From Hypanus sabinus (taxonomy: Eukaryota): a stretch of DNA of 64,000 nucleotides. The position numbers and the translations under genes were made by a program. The notes beneath the pieces are model-generated. The model was not told the origin of the DNA. It did not search any database and saw nothing but the letters and a program-made list of their open reading frames with translations. The stretch covers positions 78,244,001 to 78,308,000 of the forward strand of contig NC_082716.1 of NCBI RefSeq assembly GCF_030144855.1, read 5' to 3'. Position 1 is the first letter of the stretch, and each line of letters starts with the position of its first letter. This document shows positions 38,388 to 52,387 of this stretch, in pieces.

Positions 38388-39610
38388 CAGAGTAAAATTT
38401 ATTATCAAGAGTACATACATGCCACCACGTACAAAGCTGAGATTCTTTTTCTGCGGGCGTACTTAGCAAATCTTAGCAAAACTATAAATTTATTATCAAG
38501 AGTACATACATGCCACCACGTACAAAGCTGAGATTCTTTTTCTGCGGGCGTACTTAGCAAATCTTAGCAAAACTATAAATGGGATCTGTAAACTGTAAAC
38601 ATCAGGAACTGTAAAGTGTAAACAAACTCTGCAAATGCAGATAATAAGTAAATAGCAATAAATAAAGAGCATCAAATAACAAGATAGAAGAGTCCTTAAA
38701 TGAGTGTAGTAACTGTCTTGAACCTTCTAGTATGAGTGCTGGGGCACTTGTACCTTCTACCTAATGGCAGCACTGAGAAAAGAGCACGGCCTGGGTGGTG
38801 AAGATCTTTGATGATGGATGCTGCTTTTCTACGGCAATGTTTCATGTAGATGTACTCAATGGTTTGGAGGGTTTAACCTGTGATGTACTGGGCCAAATCC
38901 ACTGTCCTTTGTAGGATTTTCCATTCAAAGGCATTGGTCTTCCTATACCAGATTGTAATGCAGCCAGTAAGCACGCATTTATTGAGGTTTTCTTAGACTT
39001 CTGATGACTTGCAGAAAATCTGCAGACTCCTGAGGAAGTATCGAGCTTTCTTCACAGTTATATTTATAGGGTGAGTCCAGGAAATGTCCTCTGAGATAGT
39101 GACATCCAGGAATTTGAAGTTACTGACCCTTTCCTCTTCTGATGGTTATTGGCTCATAGACCTCTGGTTTCCCTCTCCTGAAGTCTACAACCAATCCCTT
39201 GGTCTTTTGACATTGAGTGAGAGGTTGTTATTACACTACTCAGCCAAATTTTCAATCTCCCTTCTGTATGCTGATTCATCATCACCTTTGATTCAGCCCA
39301 CAGCTGTGGTGTCATCAGCAAACTTGTAGGTGGTGTTGGAGCTCTGCTTAACCAGTCATAGGTGTAAAGTGAGCAGAGCAGGGGGCTAACTACACATCTT
39401 TGTGGTGCTGCTGTGCCGATGGAGATTATGGAGGAGATGTTGTTGCCAATCAGAACTGACTGGGGTCTACAAGTGAGGTAATCCAGGATCGAATTGCACA
39501 AGGGAGTATTGAGACCCAGGTCTTGGAGTTCACTGATTCGTTCAGTGGGGATGATGGTGTTAAATGCCGAGCTGTAAGGGATCCTGATGTATGTGTCTTT
39601 GCTGTCCAGT
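38388..39610 (-). mobile_element. Rex1/Babar-like LINE nested in the CR1
   Basis: [12 protein letters not shown]...[16 protein letters not shown] on the minus strand; the CR1 reading frame resumes after 39610. Confidence 0.78.
38395..38580. repeat. Exact 91-bp tandem duplication
   Basis: 38395-38485 is repeated at 38486-38576, followed by AAAT. Confidence 0.92.
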
Positions 39611-41963
39611 TAATCAGAAGAGGATACTAGCAGGATGTCTGTAGAACAGCAATGGCTGGAGTTTCTGGGGGCAATTTTAGGGCGCAGGATAAATTAATCA
39701 CAAAGATGAAGTATTCTAATGGGAGTATAAAGCAACTGTGGCTGACAGGGGAAGTCAATGACAGCATAAAAGCAAAGGAGAGGGCGTAGAATATAGCAAA
39801 AATTAGTAGGAAGTTAGAAGATTTTAAACAGAAGGCAACAAAAAGGAGAGAAAAGACGAAGTATGAAGGTAAGCTAGCTAATAATATCAAAGAGAATACT
39901 GAAGTTTATTTTCAGGTATATAATGTATAAAAGAGAGGCAAGAGCGGATATGGTTCTACTGGAAAATTACGCTGAAGTGGTAGTATTGGGGGAACAAAGA
40001 AAAGGTGGATGAACTTAATAAGCATTTTGCGTCAGTCTTCGCTGTGGAAGCCGATGGGAGAGTGCTTAATATTCAAGAGTGTCGGGGCAGAAGTGAGTGT
40101 AGTTACTATTACTAAGGAGAAGGTTCTTGGGGAAGCTGAAATGTCTGAAGGTAGATAAGTTGATGGACTACACGCTGGGGTCCTGAAAGAGGTAGCTGAA
40201 GAGATTGTGAAGGTGTTAGTAATGAATTCTTAAGAATCGTTGGATTCTGCAGTGGTCCGGGAGGACTGGGAAATTGCAAATGTCACTCTACTTTTTAAGA
40301 AATGAGAAAGGGAGAGGAAAAAAAAATATGGGCTAATTATCCTGATAGTGATGTCAGCATGGTTTCATTAAGGGGAAATCTTCTCTGACAAATTTTTTGG
40401 AATTTTTTGAGGAAATAACTAGGCAGAATAGACAAGAGTTAATGGATGTTGTTTACCTGAATTTTCAGAAGACCTTTGACAAGGTGCCACACATGAGGCT
40501 GCTTAACAAGATAAGAGCCTATGGTATTACTGGAAAGATACTAACATGGATAGAAGATTGGCTGATTGGCAGGAAGCAAAGATTCTGAGAAAGGGGGCTA
40601 ATTCAGGTTGGCTAGTAGTGACAAGTAATGTTCTACAGGGGTTAGTAATAGGACCGCTTCTTTTCACTTTAATATGTTGACAATTTGGATGAGAGAATTG
40701 ATGGTTTTGTGACCAAGTTTGCAGATGTTATAAAGATAGGTGGAGGGATAGGCAGTACTGAGGAAGCAGGTAGTCTGCAGAAGGACTTGGACAGATTGGG
40801 AAAATGGACAAAAAAGTGACAGATGAATATAGTGTAGGGAAGAAGATGGTCATGCACTTTAACAGAAGGGATGAAGGTGTAGCCTATTTTCTGTACAGGA
40901 AGAAAATTCAAAATTCAGAGGTTCAAGGAGATTTGGGAATCCTTGTGCAGGATTCCCTAAAGGTTAACGTGCTGGTTGAGTTGGTGGTATAGAAGGCAAA
41001 TGAAATGTTAGCATTCGTTTTGAGAGGACTCAAATACAAGAGGGAAAATGTGATGCTGACGCTTTATGAGGCATTGGTCGGACTGCACTTGGAAGTATTG
41101 TGAGCCATTTATCTATGAAAAGGTGCCCTGGCACTCGGGAATGATTCCAGCAATGAAAGGGTTAACTTCGAAGGCATGTTTGATAGCTCCAGGCCTGTAC
41201 TCACTGTTTTCTTTAAAAATGAGGGGTGATCTCATTGAAACAGAATAGAGGGACGTCCATTTAGAACAGAGATGAGAGGGAATTGCTTCAGCAAGAGGGT
41301 AGTGAATCTGTGGAATTCATTGTCATGGACTGTTGTGGAGGCAAAGTCATTGTTATAATTAAAGCAGAGGTTGATATGTTCTTAGCTAATTAGGGCGTCA
41401 AAGGTTACGGGGAAAAGGCAGGAGAATGGGATGAGGAACAATAATCAGGCATGATGGAATGGCAGAGCAGACTGGATGGGCCGAGTGGCCTAATTAGTCT
41501 CCTATACATTATGGTCTAAGTACAAAATGTAGCCTTGGTCCTTAAGGGTGATAGATAAAATCCTATGTGTGCCTCTCCTGATTGTATATGTCCCAGGAAC
41601 TTGTGTAACAAGTTATTGGATAATAAGTAGATTGACCCAGACCAAGGAGCAAAGACATTCTCTGAACCTCTGTGGTTCAAATGGATGAGGCCAAGTGTGA
41701 TTTCAAAGGCTGTGTCCTCAACGTTAACTGCTGAAGTCAGGTTTGAATTTCCAACATAGTTAAAGTGTGTGAACCCCAAATTCTCCCTACTCCAGGACTA
41801 TCTTTGGTCCAGCAGTAAAAAACTGTCTTGTTGAAACCTGTAGTCCAGTCACTCATGCAGTATATTAAGTGCCTTCTGTGTGGCTGTTGTAGGGTTTGCA
41901 GTGGATGAGGGGAAGTTACCCACTGAGGACATTCAGCACTGGTTTAACATAGCTTCCTTGTAG

Positions 41964-42163
41964 TTCCACAGGGCAGAGAGACTGAATGGATCTTTGGAAC
42001 TGATGAAGGTCGGAGACAGCTTGGCAAAACTGCTGCGTTCAAGCGTCTGTTGGTGGTGGCATTGCACCGTGACCAACTCTACCAGAGCATGGATGCCATT
42101 CAGGAGGAGCTTTCGGGGAAGGTGATGGAGTTCGCTCCTTCTGGACTTCCGCCAGGTCAACAG
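41964..42163 (+). CDS. METTL13: METTL13 coding exon 3
   Basis: VPQGRETEWIFGTDEGRRQL...ALHRDQLYQSMDAIQEELSGKVMEFAP; TAG acceptor, GTAACT donor; 200 nt; phase consistent. Confidence 0.95.
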
Positions 42164-44221
42164 GTAACTACTTCCTGCAATATGTTGTTCAAGTTCCAGG
42201 TCTGATGCTTCTGAGATGCAGCTACTCCTTGATTGTCGTCTTTGCTGGTAACTAGCTTTGAGCTTGAGGGGAAAAGGAGCAAGGTTCAGTGAAATAATTT
42301 GTTAAGTACACGGTCAGTGAATGGAGGGCTCTGATTTGCTCTTCTGGCTGGTTTGCCTATTTGAGAGGTGGAGTAATTCATCTTATCCTAGAAGTTAGTT
42401 ATTGACAATTTTTTCATCTTTTTGGAAGACATGCCAATTTGTTTTCATCTTGATTGCTTTGAGTTCAGCAAAGTTTTCTTTTAAAGTTACTGATTTTTGA
42501 GATTATTAAATCACTTCTCTTCCTCTTAGCCAGTGTTTCCTCCCAGTTCCTTTCCTTGTCGGGTTCAAAGATGTTAGAAATAATCTTTTGTAAAACTAAA
42601 AATCAGAACTACAACCATGGCCTGGGTTTTGTTTTGATGAGTGAAAAGTTGCACAAAGATAAATTGAGTGTAGTTTAAAACCCAAATCCTTTTATCCCAA
42701 GATTAGAGCAGTGAATTGTAGTTGATTCCCAATCAAGAGTTCATTAGATTTAAAGCTGGGTGTATTTATAGCCGATATATTATGCACTGCTACATAATCC
42801 GTCTTGTGGTCATATATGGTAATGACAGGAGTATCTTGGTATGGTGAGGTCTTGAATGCTATTTATAGTGGAGACATAAATATCTTTTGTCTGTGAATGA
42901 AGAACATTCTAATGCAGTTCCAAATAAATTGCTATATCTCCAGAACATGGAAATTATGGGTTATACTTTCTGCTGTTTTGTGATTAAAAGTCTCAGTATC
43001 TTAATATATAGTATAATCACTGTTTTGTTGACTGGAAATATGAAGATTTCCAGACACTTTGTCTGTAATTATTTCTTGTCTCTAATCTTGATCATCCTAG
43101 AAGGCAAATGACTGATGCACTGTGTAATCAGAAGATGCTTTTTGAATAATTTTCTTTCTTCCTCCTGAATTGAAGAAATTTAATGATATCTTAAGACTAT
43201 TGAATGTTAAAGGGTAATAGAATCATAAACAATTTATGACATTTGCCCTCTGAGCCTTTATTTATTGAAAATGAGTTGGTCAGTCTAATCCCATCTTCCA
43301 CAATCAGACTTGTGACCCTTGTAAATCTCTTCGGGTTGACATTCAAGTCCAGTTTAAATGTGATGAAGGTTTCTGCTTCTTCTGTTCTTTCAGGCAATCA
43401 GTTCCACAATCTCTGGGTAAAATAAGTTTACCAACCACTAACATGAAATTTATGTCCCGTGGTTTTTGCCTCTCAAGGCAAATCGGAAGTACTTTTCTAG
43501 TTCTATTGTTACCTTTTACACCTCAGTTGAGTCTCTCTGTTCCGAAGGAAACAACCCTAGTTCATCCAGTCTTTCTCATATTTATGATTCTAGCTGTAAT
43601 TTGTTAGATTTCTAAATCCACATAAAGACCAAAGTCATCAGTTGGAGTTCTGGTTAAGGCCATTTCCCAGCTTCCAATAAGATTTTGTGAGTTCCTGCGA
43701 CAACTGCGGGGTAGGGAGAGAAGGGCAACTGTTCACATTGTCTGAATTTCTCAACTGCATTCACATCTGTCATCTCCTGTTTCAGTGTGAGGTATCAAGG
43801 TTGATTGTGGGTGTTCCAGGGAGGTTGCTACCAAGCTTAACACCTGGAATTTGGCGGAAGACACAAAAAGCTGAAGGAACTCAGCAGGCCAGGCAACATT
43901 TGTGGAGGGTAATGGACAATCGCCAATTCAGATTGAGAATCTTGAGACTGTCCCAAGATACTAGGTGACATGCTGAGTTTCTCCAGCTTTTTGTGCATTG
44001 CTTCAGATTCCAGCCTCTGCAGTCTCATATCCACCTGACACTTAATTCTCAAAGAGTTCTGATCAGACTGTTGTCTGACTTATGACAGGTTGAATATTGC
44101 CTCATGTTTCTTTGGTGGGTGAGTATTTCCAGTTAATAGCTTTTGAGCTGTCTCCTGTAAAGGCTGCTGAGGTTTAAGACATGCCCTCATATCAGTATAC
44201 AGCAGTGGACATTCCATGAAC

Positions 44222-44924
44222 TTGGGTTGACTTGTTCTCCGATCTTGGCAATTTACTTGCAAACGTTTCGTCACCATAGGAGACGTCATCATTATGCTGT
44301 TGATCATGTTATGTCCCCCGAATGCTTGGCTTCTATGTACTTATCAATCAGCTGATTGGTCGCCGTATCAGAAACTCAATTGTAATGTGGGAAGGAAATC
44401 TTGTCGCTGATTGGCTGTGTGGCAAACTTCATGTGTTGTTGTCAGGAATTTTGCCTGCCTTGCCTCATAAATGGGATCAAGGTCTACGTGTTTGTTTACA
44501 GGATTGTTTGTGGAAAAACCATGCTTCTCAGAAATCCCTTGCATGCCACATGTTTGATTGTGCCACGAGTTGCACTGATGCCCAGTCAAATTTGTGTACC
44601 TTTCAATCTTTGTGGGTAGAGACTAGGGAGAGTTGGTCATGCCACTTTACAGCCAGTTGATGTTCATGTGTCCTCGTGGATAATTTTCTTCCGGTTTGCC
44701 TGACGTAATATTTGCAGCAGCCACACAGCCAATCAGCGACGAGATTTCCTCCCCATATCACAATTGAGTTTCTGAAATGGCAAACAATCAGCTGATTGAT
44801 ATGTATGTAAAGGCCAAGCATTCGGTGTACACACCACTGCCAGCAGTGCACTGATGACATCTCCTCACATGGTGACGAAATGTTTGCAAATAAATTGCCA
44901 AGATCGGAGAACAACTCAACCCAA
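44222..44924. mobile_element. Fold-back Penelope-derived element with ~200-bp inverted pLTR arms
   Basis: Arms 44222-44423 and 44720-44924 are imperfect reverse complements; internal minus-strand GIY-YIG remnant CCKYYVRQTGRKLSTRTHEHQLAV; hammerhead-like cores in the arms. Confidence 0.8.
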
Positions 44925-45130
44925 CCATCAACCGTCCGAGTGAGACGTTTTCTGAATTACTTCCAATTCCCTGGATTTGTTACATGTCTAGCAATGTGGT
45001 TTCCTGTTATCCACGTGCAGTGGGTTGATAGGTTGACGATTTCAAGCTCTGATTGCCAAGGCAGAGTTGTTGATCAATGCATGTGTGCGATTGTCTGCAT
45101 TTCTGTCCTAATGACTGCATTGTTATGCAG

Positions 45131-45326
45131 GTCCCATTTCTTACAGTCGGTGGAGATATTGGGGTTCGCACCATCCAGCATCGTGGTGTGAGTGACATTA
45201 GTGGCGAGTATGTCATTGAAGATGTAAAGAGAGAGGATGGCAACTTTTACCGGCACCTGATATTCCTCAGCAACGTTAATGTGGTGCAGTCGGAGGGTAA
45301 ATTATTGCACAATGCTTCCAAGACAG
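45131..45326 (+). CDS. METTL13: METTL13 coding exon 4
   Basis: VPFLTVGGDIGVRTIQHRG...YRHLIFLSNVNVVQSEG; CAG/GT boundaries; 196 nt. Confidence 0.95.
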
Positions 45327-46565
45327 GTAACCTTTTCATGTTTAGCTGTAGGCTGAGAAAACTCTGGTGCTGTGCTGTTAGCCATAGAAAAACTGCGACA
45401 TGAACGAATAAATGAAAAGGCAAAATATCCAAGATTATTCCTCTTTCCCAGGGTGTCAAATAACTTGTTGCTTCATTGCTTGACTGTGCATTGAGCATTG
45501 ACAGCTGCTGTCCATTTGTTCTGCATACTGAATATACGCTGCTTTTATCTTTGCAATTAAACGTTTGCATGGTTTTTCTGTGTGCTGACATAATGAACGA
45601 AAAGCTTTAATGCCGGTGGGAATCTTCACCCAACCTTTTTTAAAACTGAATTTCAGGAAGTAATGGTAGTAGTTTAGATTATTATTCCATTTCATAGGTT
45701 AGTTGGTCATATGTTACCCCAATGCACTTGGATTTTGGGAGAATTGGGGTGGGATGCAGTGGATGGGTTGTGGGGAATAAGTGGGGAATGGAAATGGTCT
45801 GAGGGTTGATATAGACTCTGGGCTGCATGGTCTCCTGTGCTGTAAGAAATATGAAAAATATACTCTATATGCAAAATGTAGGTGAGTGATCATATTAAAT
45901 ACAAACAATTGACGAAGTTCATGTGAGAAGCAGAATAGTTTTCACAGGAACCCCTGCATAAACACATGCCTAACCCCAAGGCTAGCCAATTCACTTGATA
46001 CATTCCTCAGGTGGCTTCTCACTGAGACCTGGCAGCCAGACGGACGTTACCCGTGGTAAACCAGTGGAGTTTGTGAAAGGCACTTTGTGTGTGTCTTTTT
46101 TTCCTGCTGCATGAATTGCATAAGAGCAAATTTTATTCCATATCTCCAATTTTGCTGATATGAAATAGTAATGCAGCCATCCTCATGACTGCTTTGCAAA
46201 CTAATGGTGACAAATTCAGAACAAATTCTTTGACCAAGTATTTACATTTTCGCTGCATATTTTATGGATAAAGCTGAGCGTTCTCTCTAGTTTATTTTCA
46301 GTTTTCCTTTTAATAGCAGACTGTGTTGTGCAGTGTCAGTGTTGCCACCTCATCAACACTGGGCTCTCATTTTGATGATAACTAATATCGCATACTCAAA
46401 ATCTTGCATTAAATTTAACTCCTCGAGCTAAAAACCCACCCACCTACAGGAAGGATGAGAAGAAAAGTAACACGAAAGAAGTTACTGCGTACATTTGCTT
46501 TCTTAATTAGCACTTGAAGGTGAGTGTTGAATATTTCTTCATATTATTTTGTTTTCCTCAAATAG

Positions 46566-46745
46566 TTTCAAAACATAAAAAGAAAAAAAAAGACAAGAGG
46601 AAAGGGCAGTCGTGCTTGGAAGATGAGAGCAATTCGAGTCCAAAGCTTGGTCAGGCTATAGACAAAAGCTACCTCTGCTGCAATCACCATCGAGCCATGA
46701 TTGCTGGCTTGGCTTTACTAAGTAATGAAGGTGGTTTTCTTGCAG
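46566..46745 (+). CDS. METTL13: METTL13 coding exon 5
   Basis: Basic linker SKHKKKKKDKRK followed by IDKSYLCCNHHRAMIAGLALL; TAG acceptor, GTAAGA donor; 180 nt. Confidence 0.93.
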
Positions 46746-46892
46746 GTAAGAAAGGAAAATGGAAAGGATTGGGTAAGTGTTCAGTAAATATTTATATTGT
46801 GTCCTTAGTGTAGTGAAATGACCCTAAGTGCTTTGGAAGTGCATAATTGGGCCAACATTAGCACTGAACCAATCACAAGAATGGTCAAACAT

Positions 46893-47625
46893 TTCAAAGT
46901 TCAAAACAAATTTATATTCGAAATACTTATATGTCACCATATTCTGCCCTGAAATTCATTTTCTTGTGGGCATACTCAATAAATCCGTAATGGAATAATA
47001 ACCATAACAGAATTAATGAAGGACTGCATCAACTTGGTAGTTCAACCAGTGCAAAAGACAACAAATAGTGAAATAATAATAATAAAAGGAAGAAATAATA
47101 ATAAGTAAACAATAAATATCGAGAACATGAGGAAGAGTTGTTCAAAGTGAGTCAAAAGGTTGTGGGAACATTTCAATGATGGGGCAAATGAAGGTGAGTG
47201 AAGTTATCTCCTTTGGTTCAAGAAGCCTGATGGTTGAGGGGTAATAACTATTCTTGAACCTGGTGTTGAGAGTCCTGAGGCTTCTGTACCTTCTTCCCGA
47301 TGACAGCAGCGATGAGAGAGCATGTCCTGGGTGGTGGGGGTCCCTGACGATGGATGCTACTTTCATGCAACAGCATTTCATGTAGATGTACTTAATGGTG
47401 CAGAGGGCTTTACCTCTGATGGGCTGGGCCATATCCACTACTTTTTGTAGGATTTTCCATTCAATGGGAATGGTGTTTCCATACCAGGCTGTGATGCAGC
47501 CAGTCAATATACTCTCCGCTGAATATCTATAGAAGTTTGTCGAAGTTTTAGATGCCATGCCAAATTATTGCCAACTCGTAAGGAAGCAGAGGTGCTGCTA
47601 TGCTTTCTTCATAATTTGTAACTTG
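46893..47625 (-). mobile_element. Rex1/Babar-like LINE 3' fragment
   Basis: 138-aa ORF with ESILTGCITAWYGN...DPHHPGHAL...SGRRYRSL. Confidence 0.8.
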
Positions 47626-47784
47626 GTCAATATGGTTTTAAAGGGAGGTTTAAGGAGATGAGATGCTGATACAGATGTCCAGGCTTTTCTTTTCTGGACA
47701 GAGTTAATTTAGGAAATGGTTGGTTATGGTGAGGTGAAAGAATCAGTAAATGAGAGTGATAGAAAGAAGATGGAGTTAGAAGGA

Positions 47785-48130
47785 ACAGACACTTCTCATT
47801 ATCTCCTTGCCCACCCATCGCCTCCCTCTGGTGCTCCCCCCACCTTTTCTTCCTTCCATGGCTTTCACCAATCAACTTCCCAGCTCTTTACTTTATCCCT
47901 CCCCCCCCTCCCCCCCCCCCCCAGGCTTCACCTATCACCTGGAGTTTCTCCCCTCCCCCCACCTTTTAAATCTACTCCCCAGCTTTTTTTCTCCAGTCCT
48001 GCCGAAGGGTTTTGGCCCAAAACATCGACTGTACTTTTTTCTATAGATGCTGCCTGGCCTGCTGAGTTCCTCTAGCATTTTGTGTCTGTTGCTAGGATTT
48101 CCAGCATCTGCAGGTTTTTTTTCTTGTTTG
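47785..48130 (+). mobile_element. Penelope-like pLTR fragment with decayed hammerhead
   Basis: CAGTC-CTGCCGA-AGGGTTTTGGCCC-AAAA-CATCGACTG and the family tail. Confidence 0.7.
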
Positions 48131-49456
48131 TAATTGGAAATAGGAGTCCTGTTTCACGATGATGCAACACCTGAGGTTGTCTCCTGATTTTTTCTTTGGC
48201 ACGTTAATAATTTACCAAGTGCTTGCCTGATGTGTTAGTTTTACATTGTGTCTTCTATATTGGAAAATAATGTTTATGTACACAATGTGGTGATACCCTG
48301 AAACATCTTTTACTTTAAATTGCAGAGCTATAAAGTGAAAGTGGGTATTTTGTTATCAAATGATAAGGAATAAGGGCAAAACAGATATATGGCACCAGCA
48401 AAAACTGCTTAGACAAATTGTTCCTTGCATTTAGGGGTGAATGCTCTTTTACCATTACCTTTGGTGATAGTGTCACTAGATTACTGGTCTGGAGGCCAGA
48501 ACATAACCAGAAAGCAAAAAAACGCTAGAACTATTCACATGTCAGGCAGCATCTGTGGGAAGAGGTACAAATGTTAACATTTCAGGTCCAATGGCATCTG
48601 TAAGAGCTCTTTCAGCTTTCCAGCAGCAGCAGATTTTTTTATTTAATTCTTAATAACCAATAATAAGTAGGTGGCTGGAAGGCCTCATGATAGAAGCGAG
48701 ACAGGAAAGAAGTGTTTATTCATTTCCCTTAGGCCAGTCTGCTGTGTTTCTCTATTTATTTTCAGAATGCATGATGTTGACAGCTGCAATCATTACCCTT
48801 GTTAAGGAGATACTGCTCGTCAGCACTGAATTGCTTGTGCCTGGGTGATAAAGGAGGGGAATTTTGGAATCCTGGCCACGCATAATTTATGATTTTGCTC
48901 TTTTCATTTAGAAACTAACTCCAGTTGTATGAATTTCCTTGCACTCGCGCTATAAACAGCCTGTTAAGCTTAAAGAATAGTGAAAGTCTAAATGTGCTAC
49001 GGCACTCTATTGCCCATTGGTCTGTCAGGAGTCTCTGAAGGGCTGTCATTCCCAGTTGCTTTGAAGTGCCAGTGTTGGTAGAATGCTACAGCTGCAGAGA
49101 CCTTGCTGAGTTGTTAGTGTTTTCAGTAGATTGTTTGAGATGTGGCCACAATGCTGCAGGGCCTGTAACTTTGTCAGACGTGATTTTGCTCTGCTTTAGA
49201 AATGAGTTTAAGTTGCATGAACTTAATGTGGCTCTTTAGTTTCCTCTCCCTCTGACTATTAAGTCCCTGTTATATTGAAGAACCGATGCAAATATAAGCA
49301 GCTATGGGTGTTATCTAATTTTCATAATAAAAAGAGATAAATGGCATAGAAATGTTTCTCCTTGGAGTGATACAATTTTGATCTTGGTCTAAAATGTGCT
49401 TGCTTCATTGTGTGACATTATGTCGATGCCCAGTCTTCACTCTTAACCCGCTTCAG

Positions 49457-49669
49457 ATGCTGCAGTATCTCTGCTGGTGATTGGCCTTGGCGGTGGGAGC
49501 CTTCCATTGTTTATTCACGACTTCTTTTCCCAATCGAGCATTGATGCCATCGAAATTGATCCTGAGATGTTGGAGGTCGCGACTAGGTGGTTTGAATTTT
49601 CTCAGGACAATCGGATGAAGGTGATTCTGGCAGACGGCTTGCATTATATACGTACGCTTGCAGATGAAG
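49457..49669 (+). CDS. METTL13: METTL13 coding exon 6 (C-terminal spermidine-synthase-like MTase)
   Basis: LLVIGLGGGSLPLFIHDFF...AIEIDPEML...ADGL; CAG acceptor, GTAAGA donor; 213 nt. Confidence 0.95.
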
Positions 49670-52387
49670 GTAAGAAACGTAGATTGCCAATATTTACAAA
49701 GCAGCAATTTATTCCTTTCTCAATATTTTTCATCCATCTTGTTAATGTTTATGTAATTTTTCTGAATCTTCTTTAAAAATGCTATTAATAACTATTAATA
49801 GTTGAGCATTTGAGAGTATGTCGGCACTTGCATCTCTTCTGGAATACAGTGCAACACTCCCTCAGTACTGTATTGGAGCAGCAGTCTACTTTGATCAACA
49901 TCGCAGGGATTTCTTTATTATCACATTTCTAGGTGCAATTACTTTCTGTTAAGATTTGATAATCCTCTACTCCTCCCTATTTAAGGATTATGATGCCCAG
50001 ACTGGGAGGATTTTTGTCAGGCAAAATGTAAAAATATTTAGAAATTGGGATCCAGCTTTGAGTTGTCATGGAGTCAGGGTGCTGGGGTCCACCAGCCAGC
50101 TGCTGGAGGTTGATTGATCTTCCAGATTTTGTAATGTAGCAGGGCTACCTCACTTAGCCATCATTTTTGTCAAGTGTGGCCCAGTCAATAGCTTGCATTT
50201 CCAGTCAGAAGACCCTGTATTTCAGATCCTGGTCTGGGGACTTGAACACTAAAGTTTAGGCTGACATGCCAAAGCAGTACTGAGGGACTGTGTTAAGCTG
50301 TACTGAAAATTATTAAGCAGGGCCCCACCTACAATCTCAAGTGAATGTAAACAAAATCCTCAGGTACTATTTTTGAGTTGTTTGATGAAGTTCTTGGGTT
50401 TATTTAACCCTCAGCTGAATTATGAAATATAAGGTCTGCTGACTTTCACAGTGTTGGTGGGGGTGTTCTTTACAAATGCTAGTTCTTGTACTGTAATAAG
50501 TAACCAGCTAACAAACTATTTAGAAAACCGATGCTTTAGCATCTGGCTCACCAGGTGGTGTGTACAGTGTCTGCTCACCCCACCTTTGGTTTCTGCATCC
50601 CCTTCCACCAGCTCGTGCGCTGATTCCTGTAATCCCATTAAAAACATCTGATTTTCTTTATTTTCTCTTGGACTGCCTTAATGCTTGATTTGCACACTGA
50701 AGTGTCACCATGCAACATCATTTTATAAAATTGAATTGAAAAAAGTTTGGAATATTAACAAAATAACATCTGATGGTCTGGAAAATCTCCTGCTCTGGCA
50801 CCAGGCGGCTGGCTTACTAGTGTTTATCTATATCGTCACATCCAACAATACTGAATAGGATGTAAGTTAATTGTTTGTAAGCAAGTGTGCACTTCATGTA
50901 TCTTCCCATCTACTCCAGCAATGAAACTTGTCTCTTAGAACAAGGTCTGTTGAATCAAGGGGCAGATCCCATCCAGGTTCACGGATGAAGCCACCGCCAC
51001 CAGCTTCATTGCTAATAACCTGATAGCTTGTGAGTCTTTCAATATGACAGGCTGTGGCCAGGAAGCAGAGACAAAAATCGTAGCTTAGATTGTCTTATTA
51101 AATTTAACAGGACTCAAGGAAAACTTGTCCTGCTTCCGGGATTTAATTCATTCCACGGTGTTTACTCCGCTGACGGTGAAATGCACTTCAGCTTTTATTC
51201 CATTTAATTTATTTTTAGTTGAAGATCCCGATTCTAGGAGGGTGACATGTAATGGAAAATTTTGCTGCTTTCCACATTCTTTTAAGATGTACACTGTCAC
51301 TGTGTACTAAACAGGGAAATAATTGTAGATCAAAGATTTTCTTGCATGTTGTTGGCTCTGACGTACATTTCAAATGAGTGCAGTTTTTCTCTTTGTCCCT
51401 GGGGATTCATTTGTCAAAGTCGACTAATATCCTAGATATCTTTTACGCCTGTTTGAAATGGAAAATTAACTGAGTTGGGCAACCCAGTCTTCCATTCTAA
51501 ATTCTTTCAATTCCTTAATGAGCATACTGTAGTCTCTTTCATAAACTGTGTCAAGAAATTTCCTTGACATCTTTGTTGGGATTGGGTATAATAGTGCATT
51601 TTCAGTCATGAACAGAATAATTTGGTGTTTGTTGTGGTGATTGCAACCTCCACAATACTAAGTTGGCACGAAAGGGGAAATTTGCTGTGTGTGTTATTCT
51701 TCGTGCTTACTTTTGATAGCTGTCCATCTACCAGATTGTATTCATCACAGCAGTTTATAGAGTCATGGAGAAGGACAGTTTGGAACCAGGCCCTTCAGCT
51801 CACCGAATCTACTGTATACCAACTATCAAACATCTGTTTGCACTGCTCTGGCACTTTTTTATTCTCCCACATTCTCTTCAGTTCTCTTCAGCTCTGGCAC
51901 CGGGGCAACTTGGACTGGCTTCTTTTTCATTTGGGGCCCTTAGCTCCCAAGTTGGAGCATGGGGCACTGACATCGATGGTACAGTTGGAATGAATCAATG
52001 CTTCTGCAATCTGTTGCATTCACTGTACAGGGGATTGGCCTGTAGAACTTCACCAGAGCCCTGCTGGCCAGCCTTACACGTTTCTACCTCTCACAACGAG
52101 GTCATAGGGTTGGACATTGAGAGGCAACTTGGAGTGGCTGATTGACCAAATATCCTGCCTGCCTTTGGGATGTAGAAGGACGTGCATGGTGACAGGAAGA
52201 AGGTGAAAATTCCACCTGGGGTCAGGATGGATGGCTGTCTGGTTCTGCAAGTCAGTGGCTGTACTAGGTCAGAATTACATCTTTAGTTCAGTCACTAGTT
52301 CTCCCCTGTTCAACCTACAGATTTTGATTTAGGGGTTCAAGTAGAACAGATGTGTGGAATAAAATGATTTTGTTTTCATTACTGCAG

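Larger units (their letters stand above)
36990..41515 (+). mobile_element. Old near-full-length CR1 (ORF1 SGNH-esterase remnant + decayed ORF2), split by a nested LINE
   Basis: ORF1-like GDLIV...CLTGARVQDVSEQL...PEVVVYIDTND; endonuclease and RT remnants (MDVVYLNFQKTFDKVPH); CR1 3' tail near 41510. Confidence 0.8.
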
